Origin: Trichoplax adhaerens
Taxonomy: Eukaryota; Animalia; Placozoa
Direction of reading: 5' to 3'
Assembly: GCF_000150275.1 (NCBI RefSeq)
Contig: NW_002060945.1
Location: 7,243,087 to 7,307,086, forward strand
DNA: 64,000 nt
The notes beneath the pieces are model-generated. The model was not told where the DNA came from, did no database searches, and saw only the letters and a program-made list of their open reading frames with translations. Both the position numbers and the translations under genes were made by a program. Positions 12,965-25,576 of this stretch are shown here, in pieces (within the stretch, counting starts at the first letter, position 1; every line of letters begins with the position of its first letter).

Positions 12965-15251
12965 TTCAAGTTTTAACGTTGTACAAAGATCTCCTTGATT
13001 AGAGTATCAGGCTAGATTAATAATCACAGTATGCTAGCGTTACTTCATTCTTCAAAATCTCATACCTTAAATATACAAAGACAAGAAAAAGATCAAGTTA
13101 ATTTGATTTACCGACATGAAGAGAATATATTAATTCTAAAGAGACACCAAGTAATTTTCTAACACCCAAAATAGATTAAGCAACTATAACATACTATGAA
13201 TTATAATAACAAAATTATATCAAAAAATCAGAAGTGTTTATACGTCAGTTGTACTGTCTTGCAGAGTAGAGGCATTATTTAAAGCAAAAACTTCAAAAAG
13301 ATCTTTATAATTTATAAATTGTATCCTAATACTGTTAGATAAGTACACTTGCAACGGTTTTTAATACGGCAAAGTATCAAATTCTATTCTACAAATACAG
13401 TTCGAAAAATAAAATAAAATATAATTACTTACTTCGTGTGAAAGCCATACATACACATACTACACTAGCTAGTAGTAATTTGTTGTACAGCTATAAATTT
13501 CATTTAGGTAGCGATTCCATTATTGCACTACAATAAAACTTATAAAGTGATAAATGTTTTTTTTTTATCCCAGTATAGTAGTCTTCTTAGAGCAACTGTA
13601 TAATCTTGATCAATTTGGTTTTCTGATATAATAATTTGATGTAATGAATATTATTGTTATAATACAACAGTTAAATCGGGCTGTTATTGCAGGGATACGT
13701 GTCTTTCTTTGGTGACTGTTATTATCTTCAATTACTTATTTACCAGATAATGGATTTGACTGATGGTTAAAAATGTTTACGATATGAATTTCTTAACAAG
13801 TTAATAATTAAATTGTTTATCGTAACATATATATTCTAAGATATGATCACTATCTACAATATAGTAATAGGCTAAATGTGAATTTTCTAGATTAATTTAA
13901 AGTTTTCAGGAACAGATGCAATCTAGTTTACATTGTCGGTATCCTTTTTTTAATACTTCTGTATGGTGAGGAACATATTATCTCCTAGCACAATAGAAAT
14001 AATGCAGTAATCAATAATACCCCTATTATATGTGACTCGAACATCACTGTATTACAAAAAACATCTGGTTGATTAATTAATTAAAATCTTAATTCCGATT
14101 AAAATGTTGGAACTCTAGAAATGGTAAAATTAAATCAAAAAACTTTATTTGAAGTGATAGCTAATTGAACTTAACTATTATAAACAAATGTATTTTACTA
14201 TCTGTAGATATAACTGGACTCAACGACTGTGTGTTAATTTAATAATTTAGTTTCGCTATTAAAGAACTTTTGATTATTCGTATGAATGATACCGTATATG
14301 TGAAACTTTCTCATAAACTTTGTTATGAACTCTTGCCTCGCACGAGCTAATTCCAACAGTTAATTCGTAGTGCAGATTTCTTGTTGCTTTGGCATCGGTT
14401 AAATTAGTTTTACAGTATAATTTTCGATTACCTTTACTGAATAGTAGACCGTTAGCAGTGTTTGCGTATTGTTGTGATTATTGATTAATTATTTATATTA
14501 AAATCAGCACTAATTGTTTAACAAGTACAATGGCTATAATACTATCAGTAATAATTACTTTCTTACAATACGGAGATCAGATAATATCGGTACTGTAGTG
14601 TCTGGTAGGTACTACCATGTATCAACATTACATTTATAATGCTTCATAGTGCGCGTTTGTTAATGTGTCAAACGATTCGGCCGTAGGTACCTGCTTACCC
14701 CACATAATGCTGTTAGCCTAAATCAAATTGCGATATTTAATTTATTTAGTAAGGGTTACAATAGTATTGCATACTAGGAGTTGTTACCACTTTACATGAT
14801 AAGACTAGCAATTACTTGCTACAGTGCCAATAGGTAGAGGGATCTGTCTTAATCACCCTTATTGAAATACTTGACAGACTGTACTCTATACACAACAATG
14901 TTGATGATTTACTTTATTAACGTAATTGACGACATATATGAACTAGATCTTAGACATGTGCATATTTTCAAGTAAGATACTCAACATTATACACCTCAAT
15001 CTGTGCTGCACTCTTTGAGCTATTGCGATGTTTCGAATATACCGCATAGCAGTGCAAGCATGTAAATCGGATATCGAAATAGTGATATCAGTAATTGGTT
15101 AAGATACTTTATATCGTATTTATTTTATTTCCTGTTGTATTTATTATTGTTTCTGTCCATATGACAAAGATGCTATATTACAATATCATATGTTAAAATT
15201 ATATCAGATTAAAATTAGGATTCATAATTCAAAGCGCGGAAAGATTAAATT

Positions 15252-17707
15252 TTATGATAATTCTGAGCGTAACTCGATGTCGTTAATTCGTAAAACGGTG
15301 ACATTCTGTCGATGACCTACCCAGATAAAAGTATCAATTTAGATTCAATGTGATTTTCAAAAATATCGCACTGCAGCAAGCTTTATAATCAAGGGCATAC
15401 CTTTGGTTCGTTTGTAATTTTTTCTACGTTTCTTTTTAAATACAGTTATTTTAGGCGTTTTAGTATGCTCTGCTACCGTAGCAGAGACTTTGACTATTTT
15501 ATTACTATGAACAGAAATAATAGTCATTTATTTTTACATCTCGCCATCATAAAGCCTTTTTGATGTTTTTATAAATTCTGAATAAAATAAATGACTTGCA
15601 CATAAACTTGAAATTCGTTTACCTTATTAGAGGCCTACCAATTAAAGTAAAATTCTTGGAGCCAGCTGCTAACACCTTTAAATAAGAAGACATGTAATGT
15701 AATATTCAACTAACGAGGTAGTGAAGATATTATGTCGCCCTTCCATTAAATGTATTTCATACCTTTTCTAGAATAATATCGGATCCTACTTCCGCTTTAA
15801 TTTGATTTATGACTATGATATCGTTTCTTGTTATCTTGAATTGATGACCACCTGCATATGTGATTGGTTATATCGATCAATTATCATTCAATGTAGACAG
15901 TTAAGGTGTTGTATAATAGCATCTGTTAGGACTTACCAACATACACGACTGCATAGGTTTGCGGTAGGTTTTTTATTTCTTCGTTAACATTTTTTATTAT
16001 ATCTGTCATCAATAGGAAGTAATGCGTTATTTAATCCCAACCATTAAACTAATATGCGTGTATGTTACAGTAGGTCAATGTTAAAGGGTGTTTATTTAAG
16101 TTGAGCTTAGAAGTTGTAATATGTATATTTATAGACACGTATTAGGGGTGATAGGTTTATGTAGAAACTTACCCGCATACCTTTTTTTCGTCTCACGCTG
16201 CGGTAATTTCGATTCCGGCTGTGGCGCCGTTGATAGAAATCGATGAGACATTGAAGCCAAGACATTACTCATCTTATATCTAGGTAAACAAGTTGGGATG
16301 CAACGATCATAATGCAATACTTATTTTAAGTCGAGCATTTTTATTTGACCTAAGTGGTGCAGTTATATGACCTACTACTAAGATATGACGATGGATGACC
16401 ATGTACAGTAATATTGCACAATTCTGATATACAACTTTCGAAAGAGCTTTAGCATGATGTATGCTCGCTACAAGAAGGTATGCAAGATAGCAATATTTAG
16501 GTGCAAACTACCACTTACCCCATAGCTTGGGTGAAGAATTCTCCATGCCTACAGCCATTTACGATAGTTTTATGCCAAACTATTTATTGGAGAAGAATAT
16601 AGGTAAATAGTGAGACACAGTAGGAAACGTTATAGTTTTAGCAAACCTGTAATTTATATATAATATTGGCTGTTACATAATTTTGTCTCAGGGTCCTCTC
16701 CTGACAGTAACAAATTGCAGGTTCTGTATGATGATAATAGTATAGTCTAAAGGAAATACTGTAGAATAGTACTAATCGAACAAATCGTAAATTTTCAGAC
16801 CTGTAGTAATACGAATCGGTATCTTTGCTAGTCCCCATATACCGTGTAGTACTAGTACGTTGTATAAACTCTATCAATTAAAGGTGAATTTACTAATATC
16901 GAGATGTAACCACTGAGAAGTTACTATGTGTAGCATTCCAATGCATTTTTATAGTATCGATTTGCTGCCTCCATTTCAGCATACGTATATGGCAAAAGAC
17001 TACGTCTGCATTAAAAAGACTAATGTACCAGCATAACTTGATCCATTATAATTATCAAAAGTTGTACTGCAATTGAATTTACGAGTAGCTATAGGCAACC
17101 AAGTACTTGCAGATAGTGTTTGTATACCGTGGTACTGTCCTTTACTACTGTATCCATTGTAATGAGACTTATACTTTCCACTTCAAGATGGAGACAGTTG
17201 GAGCATTTTATATCTTAGATTGTTATCAACTTGCGATTTATAATTGTACCTACAGTGGTTTTATGATCTACTGTATGTATGACTATTGAGATTTCTGTAA
17301 TATTGCGGCATGCACTTCCCTCCAGAGATCCCATAGTAGATAAAGTGGCATTAATTGTATACCATCTATGATTTTGATATTAACCTACTACATCAATGCA
17401 AGTTTGTTAGCACATATTTCCACAGTTGATAGCTACTACATTGGGTGGCAGATCAACAAGCTTACTATTTATTCGCTGAAGGGGTGTATCATCTCATAAA
17501 TGATTGATCGAATGGGGGGCTACTGGTTGATTTTTATCACATACTGTAGCTAGAAAAGACTGGACTTGGAAAGCCTCGACTTTGACGACTCGTGGCAAGA
17601 CTGATCCCAATGTTATACGATGTAAGGGCAAGCTCATCAGCAAGTATCTATGCATCATGTACCTAATGATACTTACCATGATTTAATGTCCTATGTAGAT
17701 TGAGCAT
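15252..17707 (-). CDS. MRPL21: Mitochondrial ribosomal protein L21 (bL21m), about 8 exons; the two 5' exons are less certain
   Basis: Spliced exons give [110 protein letters not shown]. The N-terminus is transit-peptide-like. Confidence 0.92.
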
Positions 17708-17849
17708 TTTGCAAGACAGAGCGAGAATTCTAGCAGTTCATTAGATAGCAAACTACAGTTCCAGCTAGAAGTTGTTCAAATGCCAGGCAGGAAAAAGCCT
17801 GAGAGAAAATATAAACTAACATCTGTACCGCATGCCTACACATACACTT

Positions 17850-17930
17850 CTACCGTACCGTACTAAACCATACAGTACAGCAGTGTACAGTACAGTTGCA
17901 TGCAACGCAAGCCTACCATCACGTGATCAC
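17850..17930. promoter_or_regulatory. MRPL21 upstream ACAGT cluster with E-box
   Basis: CAGTACAGCAGTGTACAGTACAGT, then AACGCAAGCCT (17904-17914) and TCACGTGA (17919-17926). Confidence 0.5.
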
Positions 17931-18979
17931 AATCGTGGTCCAGTATAATGTAGTTGTGCGCAGATGCAGTCGACGTAGCCGACCACCACGGCAATAATTA
18001 AGTTAGCCACCAATAAAAAGACGTTTAAGACTGGCGAAAGCACTCAGTGAAAGGCAGTAAAAGTATTTTGGCATATAGCGTTAAATGTTGGCCAATTAGG
18101 CCATGTCGATTTTGAAGTCACGCCAGCAAAAGTAGAATATAAAAATAGGATATATAGATGAAAGAGGGCAAAAATGAAAGCAGGGATTGCTACAAGACGT
18201 AACAGTCTTTATTGCCGAACATACCTTTCTACAGCAATCAACGAGGTTATTGAACGAGTAGACAGTACAATATCATAACGAGTGTCGTGATAGTCATATT
18301 ATACCGTTAAATAGGCTACACCGGTGATTCGAATTATTTATTCGATTACAAGATGATGACGATATATTTTGGTATTAATTATTCTACTTCTATAATAAAA
18401 TAAATCAATTTCCAGTTATCGGCTTGAATTATTATTCTTATTCGCCTATGGATAAATAGCTCAACACGCAATAATTACAGTATTTCAGTGGATCAATTTT
18501 GACTAGAATTTAGCGTTCAAGACTTGCAACGACATTCGAATCAACAAGTTCAGTTTGCGTCATCGGGCATATTCCACAATTTGCTAAACGGATAGGATGC
18601 GTCAATTTTTGATCATCTTTCTGGCCAAACATAAGAATGACGAAAATATACATGACAGATCTTCATTCTTCTCAACATGTTGAAAACCAATTATGCAACA
18701 TGGTCATAAGCGTTAATAAATATGTCCAGTTTAATTGAATTTATAGGGGTGATTATTTACGCGGAAAGGAACACAAAATACAGCGAGATCAGTAACGTAG
18801 CAACTGCCAATTTTGCAATGACTGTAGTTATCATTTCTTATTTCATGGGGATACGAGCACATTAAAATAGTCTGTACAATAATTTTCTTTCCTTGCACCT
18901 ACCATAACTCAATTCATGTTCCCATCAAGGAATCGTTTATGATGAGCCAAATCATAACATGATACGCTAATGCCTATCT

Positions 18980-19687
18980 TCACTTTGTAATGTTCTCGTC
19001 CGATCTTTCAGGTCTTTTCACTTTAATTAACTTTTGTAAATTTGGCCTACTTCGTATGAAATAAGGGTTTTTGTAGGTTGAAAAATTCGGACAATGATTA
19101 CGCTGACCAATAACCTTCTTAAAGTTATGCATATTCAATTGCCTAACAATACTGTTAAATTTATTCGTTTTATATTTGGGGAAATTTTGCAACACACACT
19201 TTTCAAACTTTTCTGGTGGATTAATAATATGAAAAGTGCTACCATCATCGCTCCATCTAATATATGGCTGAAAAGCCTTACACTCAACCATTTCTCGTAA
19301 AAATTGCACAAAGTAAGATGTTCGTGGTCTTCTGTAATACTTTTGATTGGCAGATGACAAATTTTGGGGTTGCTGCATGTTTCCATCCCCATTTCTATCC
19401 GTTCTTATTTCTTTACTACCAAGATTTGAAATATTGACCAACGATTCGCACCTATTTGCTTCACCAGCTCTCTTTTCTATATACATGTTGCTTCCATTTC
19501 TCAGTTGATAAGTTACTTTTTCATTCCTTGTTGATGAAGATTCGGCATCGAAATCAGCGAGAGCACAAGCTATATCTGCTAAAAGGCAAAGATTGCTAAG
19601 GCTACAATATTCCTTCCTGTCATCATAATATTGACCATGAGCCAATTTGGAAAAAGGTTTCTTAAAATTATTGATTACGGATTCCAT
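18980..19687 (-). CDS. Intronless protein with C-terminal HSF-type DNA-binding domain
   Basis: FVQFLREMVE...YIRWSDDGSTFHI...FNSIVRQLNMHNFKKV...YKNPYFIRSRPNLQKLIK matches the HSF winged-helix signature (SFVRQLNxYGFxK). No trimerisation coiled coil follows. Confidence 0.88.
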   Translation of the reverse strand: MESVINNFKKPFSKLAHGQYYDDRKEYCSLSNLCLLADIACALADFDAESSSTRNEKVTYQLRNGSNMYIEKRAGEANRCESLVNISNLGSKEIRTDRNGDGNMQQPQNLSSANQKYYRRPRTSYFVQFLREMVECKAFQPYIRWSDDGSTFHIINPPEKFEKCVLQNFPKYKTNKFNSIVRQLNMHNFKKVIGQRNHCPNFSTYKNPYFIRSRPNLQKLIKVKRPERSDENITK

Positions 19688-20233
19688 TGATGCTCTTAAG
19701 TTATATAGCTTTCTTTACGAGATATTTTTCTATTTTATAGTCCTTAGGCAGAAAATATTTTTCGGTATTTTTGTCTATAATGCTGGATTCTGATAGAGAA
19801 AAAATCAAAATTTTTAAATCAGGAATCTACAAAGAAATACTCGCAATTGCAAAACCTACTACTGTATTGTCATTCCGTTAATAATTGTAGCATTTGTTAT
19901 GTAGCAATAGAAGAAATTAATACAGAATTATAACGTCTCTAGTTTGAAAACCAACTGCAGTACCATAACCTGGTTTAGTTTCGTGTTCATCGACATCATA
20001 TTTGGTAATAGAAGACTGAAGCGCACTGGTATATCGTCTCTCACATCACAAATTTAGGTAGTCAACCTTTCAACTTGTCATTCCATTCGAGCTATATTAA
20101 ACTTCAATGTCCATCATATTCTGCACCGCTGCTGTTGTAATCGTATTTACAGCCTTACGCCAAAATGATGACAGCATGAAAGAAAAGAATATGACAAGGC
20201 TAATACAGTAACTCTGTGGTGTAATAGGCGATA

Positions 20234-21420
20234 TTAGCTACCGAATGAATAAGGATATGAACGTAGCACATAAAAAAGAATCTACTGCAGTTATTATTGG
20301 GATTTAAAAACTGTTGCAACTGGTAATCCCTAGTATGCTTGCAGTATATGATATTAGTAAATATGCTAGCAAATATACAATATTAACTACTGTTTGAATA
20401 TTACGTTAACGTAGCTCATTGAAAAATAAATTCACGACAGTTAATATTGGATTTGATCACTGTGACAATTAGTAATTCCTAGTGTAGTGAAGTCGTCTTA
20501 TAATAAGATAGACGATGATAATGAAAGTAAGTCGGAATCTACACCTCTTCTAGTTTTACTCTAGCCTCCTACTACACAATAATTAATATGCTTCCTAATA
20601 CACCATGTTAGGTTTGTGAACTGTTATTCGAATATCACGTTAGCATGGCTCATGGAAAGATTCACTGCAGTTATTATTGGGATTTGAGTACTGTAGCAAC
20701 TGATAATTTCGAATATGCTTGCAATAGACGACAGTAGCTACTATTCGAATATCAGGTGAGTGTAGCTCATGGAAAAATTGACTACCGTTATTATTGGAAT
20801 TTAAACAACATGATAACTGCTAATTTCTAGTATGCTTGTAGTATATGATATTAGTTAGTATGCTTGTTAATATACGATCTTAGCTACTGTACTACAATTA
20901 TTTGGGGGACTTGAGCGCTGTAGCAACTAGTAATTCCGAATATACTTGCTAAAATACAATATGCGATCATAGCTACGACCCCAATATTACATTGGCGTAG
21001 CATATGGAAAGAATCATGACAGTCATTATTAGGATTTTAATACTATGACAACGGGTAATTCCTAGTATGCTTGTAATATACACAATATGTATACTGTAAC
21101 TGCAGTCAATCTTTCCATGTATATTAGAAATGGAAAGATTTACTATAATTACAGCAGTAATAAGATTTCAGCTCTGTGCCGACTATTCAGTCATTCCTAG
21201 CTTCCCCGGGATACCGTTCAAATCTTTCGCTAGCATAACACATGGAAAGATTCACAGTAGTTGTTATTAGGGTTTCCACACTGTGACAACTGGTAAGTTG
21301 CTTACAAAATATACGATATTAGCTGCGGTGCTCTTCAACTGTTACGTTAGCGTAGCTCATGGAAGATTAACTGTAATTAGTAATAAGATTTCAGCAATGT
21401 GACCGTTGATAATTCTTACA
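20234..21420. repeat. Old, degenerate tandem array, about 9 copies of a ~90-150-bp unit
   Basis: Recurrent core TAGCTAC..GAATAT..CGTTAGCGTAGCTCATGGAAAGATTCACTGCAGTTATTATTGGGATTT..ACTGTGACAACTGGTAATTCCTAGTATGCTTG at ~20234, 20381, 20620, 20734, 20881, 20970, 21130, 21228, 21320. Confidence 0.85.
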
Positions 21421-22459
21421 GCAAGCTATTACGGTTATAGAAGTTTTCATTAGATGTAATAATGAATTCGATTTATATATAACTCACTGAATTTTTTAGC
21501 CTTTAAGCTGTTGTAATAGCCTTGCACTACTTGTAGCATCCGTATTAATATTTGTAAATATTAAAGTAACTAGTAACTAGTAAGGTCATTACTATAATTC
21601 GTTAAATGATTGATTTCGAAGGTCATCGCATTAACTAAAAGATATACTACCAACTTTATCTTCAACGTGAATGAGCTCACCAAATATTTAAGTCATTTCT
21701 ATAGTAATAACCTTGAAATACTATACATAAGTATGCATTTCTGCATTTAAGCCATCCATCAATACAGTGAATTTTCCATTAGCCCAAAATTTACGGAAGA
21801 TTAATCTAATTTTATGATATTGATAAGTTTTTTAGGCCAAATTCGTTGAGGTATTGAAGATAATAATATTTTTCTTAATAAAAGCACGTTCCCATACTAG
21901 GTATGATCAGATAGCTATGTTATGTGCTATCGATATAAAATTATTTACATACACAAGTTACGCTTCAGAGTAGTGTATTTTAATACTGCATTTTATCGTT
22001 GACGTAATAATTTTTAGCTAAGAACTGAGGATAAATCGCGTTTGGTTTGATTGGCTTAATCAGTATTTCAATTTTCACAGTAAAACTCTTACAAATATTG
22101 TATTTAGAAGTTTCCGTAGAGGTCAACAAAGTTACAACTTGACGTGAATTTGATTCCTCTTCAGAGATTGTTGCTTTATTAACGACATTAATTATTTCAA
22201 GATAGGAGTGCAATGTACGTTTATTCAGTAGTATGCAGATAATGCTTACTTTTTATCAGAATCCGTAAAATATGTCATGCTCGTAAATTGAAATATTTCA
22301 GCTAGTAAATTTACCGTTGTTGAAGCGGTAGTTGATTAGACCTCTATCTTTCAGGTAAGAAATTTGATTGCAATAGCAAAAATCGTCGTGTCTAAGCTAT
22401 CTTATATACAAAGTGTAATTCACGAATTTTAAAGGTTATATAAAAGTTATAATAACAGC

Positions 22460-24988
22460 TCAGGTTGAACAATTTGTAAACATGTGTTCATAATGGACAA
22501 TAATTTGAGAATCCCAGCCGCAAGACATAAAAGAATTTTTTTCAGGCAAGCACGATAATCCCTTGGCAAAGTCATTGTGACGATAATCTTTATAACTATA
22601 TTAATACGAAGAGAAGTCATTAAAGTAAAAGCGATGGTCATTTTAAAGATTAGTAGAAAGATGCATGCCATAGTTGTGAACGTAATACTTACACTATATT
22701 CATTAATCCGCTTGTATTGATATCAATGACAGATACTGAACAATCATCGGACGCCGATATAATTTTACTAATTTCAGAATTATAAAGAACAATCACCTGA
22801 TGCCTAGCAAAATTATGTTGCTACTATTCAGAAAATATCGTTCGTGCATTAAACGATAATGTATGCTTCATCATACCTATCCTTGTAAAATAAGAGTCTA
22901 GTGATCCAGCGTTTATGAACGCAATTCGTTGAAGTAACTATCTCATTAGCTTGCCGAATATCAAATAAAGAAATACTACCATTTTCGAATCCTTTTTCAA
23001 ATGAAATAAACATGTGATTACTGTATGTAGTTTTAATTGATGTGACAAATGAGTAAAGGGAATGATTATCTAACTATTGGTTGATTCGATTTAGCAAATT
23101 GATTACTATGCATAGTATAGTCATGCTTTTAAGTATACATCACAATTGACTTACCAATTGCAAATTGCGAGCCATTAACATTAGAGCAATTAGTAACAGC
23201 AGTCGCAGCTAAACCAAGCTTCATGCCTAGTACGATATTATTGTTAACGTAATGAATATTTTAGTAACAATACTGCTATAAGCTTAAAGATTAGGCTATA
23301 GTTGAGATTGCATGTAGCTAGAACCAGCTGCTTCCCAACTAAAACATTGATACCTAATGCATAACTTGTTGATGATTCTCTCATATCAGATACCGCTATT
23401 GATCCATCTTTGATTGGAAAGCATTTAAATAGGTTAAATTATTAATACAAAGTCCCACTTTAGGTGATACTTCAGGATACTAGAAATTTTATTTCTAATC
23501 ACTGAACAAGATGTTCAGTATCAATTATTGGTACTGCAGTCAATAAGTCAAGTCATATACTTAACACAAGAAAGTTTAATCTCACCGAAGACGTAGAAAT
23601 TAGCATATTCATTTCCGTAGGATTCCATTTTAAAGAAGTAACTTCAGCTGAGTGCTCTATGAACATATACAAAAGTTATCAGATGATAAGAAATTATAAT
23701 ATAATACACAATAAATCATGTTCCATACTTTATGACATGATTAATTAATTAATTAGCCTATTTAACTTTACAGACTGATTTGTATTTTATATAATGCTTT
23801 ACTATGAAGTGTAGCAATCGATGTCTCTTTAGCAATATCCCATAATTTGATAGATTTATCAGATGATCCACTTGCAGCAATTTTATTACGGTTGACATCC
23901 AGAGATGATATTAAGTTATTGTGTTCTAAAAAGGAGGTAGTTCTTTTCATAGCACTACAATCATCGTCTAACATTAGCCATACGACCAATTCTCCATTGT
24001 CAGATCCGACAAGAAGATTATCTTCATCAAACCATGTCATATCGGCACTGCTGTTCTCACAAAATGAGACTATTAACGAAAGAATAAATATTTGAGCAGT
24101 CTATGCTTAAAAAGGAGTACCACGAACTAGCGTTACCTTAAATTTCTTATGTCAAACAACAATTGATGCTTTAATTTACGTACGCGTATGTCTACTTTTA
24201 ATAGAGGAAACTGGATGGCCAGTACCTGCTGTATATTCTGTCGTTTCAGTTGAAGTGGACACGGTGTTGGGATATACTTGAATGCACCCAGTCCATCTCG
24301 AGCTGCTAAGAGTTGATCCTAGAACAGCGAGGCATCCGTCTACCAAGATAACAGTGATTATAGTGTTGAGCTAAGTCATTAGTAACGACAAATATACTGT
24401 ACATAAGTATACGCGAATATGCAAACAGCTACCTTTGTACTACGTCAGAATTACGAAATTTAGCTACCCTATTTTCGCATGTGATTACTCAAATACTGTA
24501 GCCCCAATAGAGTGTCAAAATCGGCTATCATTCAAACTTTAAGAGTTATAATCAGCTTTTCTAAAGCTCTATCAGGTGGCCTACAAACACTTCTAAATTG
24601 GCTACTATTGGTAGCTGTAAGCCTACGTATGTAAACTTGATTGTTTTTCTGAAAGATTAATACTATGACACTGTCATAATGAAGCTGGAAAGAAGAAGAA
24701 TATTGAATATGCATCTCATTGCTTAGATTAGTCGAAAGGATAGCTAATACTGGTAGTAGTTAAATAATGTCAATCTTTCAATCTATTGGTATAACTCTTT
24801 CATTATTCGTTGCATACTCGTAAAGTCATGATCTATTTCTAGTACTTTTATCGATCAACACCATTAGTATTTTGATAGATATACTTTCATGGAGCAATAC
24901 AACACACTTGTACCATAGTACTATAGATCTTACCTTTCCGATGGCATAAAGCCTCATATTGGAATCCAAGTATATTTTGCGTAGACAT
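22460..24988 (-). CDS. WDR77: Methylosome protein 50 (WD40), 9 exons
   Basis: YEALCHRKDGCLAVLGSTLSSSRWTGCIQVY; ADMTWFDEDNLLVGSDNGELVVW; EHNNLISSL; SGSSDKSIKLWD; HSAEVTSLKWNP; GFENGSISLFD; SASDDCSVSV; HNDFAKG...CGWDSQIIVH, all collinear with MEP50. One acceptor is anomalous (see findings). Confidence 0.88.
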
Positions 24989-25576
24989 GATGCTACTTAT
25001 TTACATCAATACTGTAGTAGCAGACTAGTGTTCAGCAGGCACAATGATTTCTAAAGATGATGAGTTTGAACTTTGTTTAGACTTGGCGCTTAATTAGAGA
25101 CTGTCTCTAGCCTGCTGGCAGTTTTAGTGCTGAAACTGGCTACAATACGGTATACAATACTAACGAGTCCATTGCGCCCCATTCATAATATACAGTAGCA
25201 CAGGACGTAGAGGAAATAGTATTAAATCGTCTCTACTCTACACTCTCTCTCTCTCTCTCGCACTGTATATTATAAACTGCGGAAATATTTCATCAGGTGC
25301 TCAGATCAGTACTGCAACTAGCAGCTTGACCCATCAAAATGAGAAAGTGATGTTGTATCCACAACAAAATAAATAGGCCTTGTTCTTTGCTAAGGATTAC
25401 TATAAGATACTGACGGTACTGCTTCCTACTGTGTGTGTACAGTGTACAGTATAGGCAAATTGGCAAATTGATAAATAAAAGCACATAATATCCAATTCGA
25501 TAAATACGCATCAAAATATTTCTTGGCTCATCAATACTTGATCACGGTGCTTCTTGCATATCGAAAACTTGGCAGC
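24989..25576. promoter_or_regulatory. Putative bidirectional promoter between WDR77 and the P450 gene
   Basis: Divergent start codons about 590 bp apart; (CT)n at ~25243-25259, TATAAA at ~25271, short ACAGT cluster at ~25436-25452. Confidence 0.5.

Noticed and set aside
20234-21420. Heat-shock elements in the array (HSF autoregulation)
   Set aside because: GGAAAGATTC has 3 nt between GAA and TTC, not the 2 required for nGAAnnTTCn.
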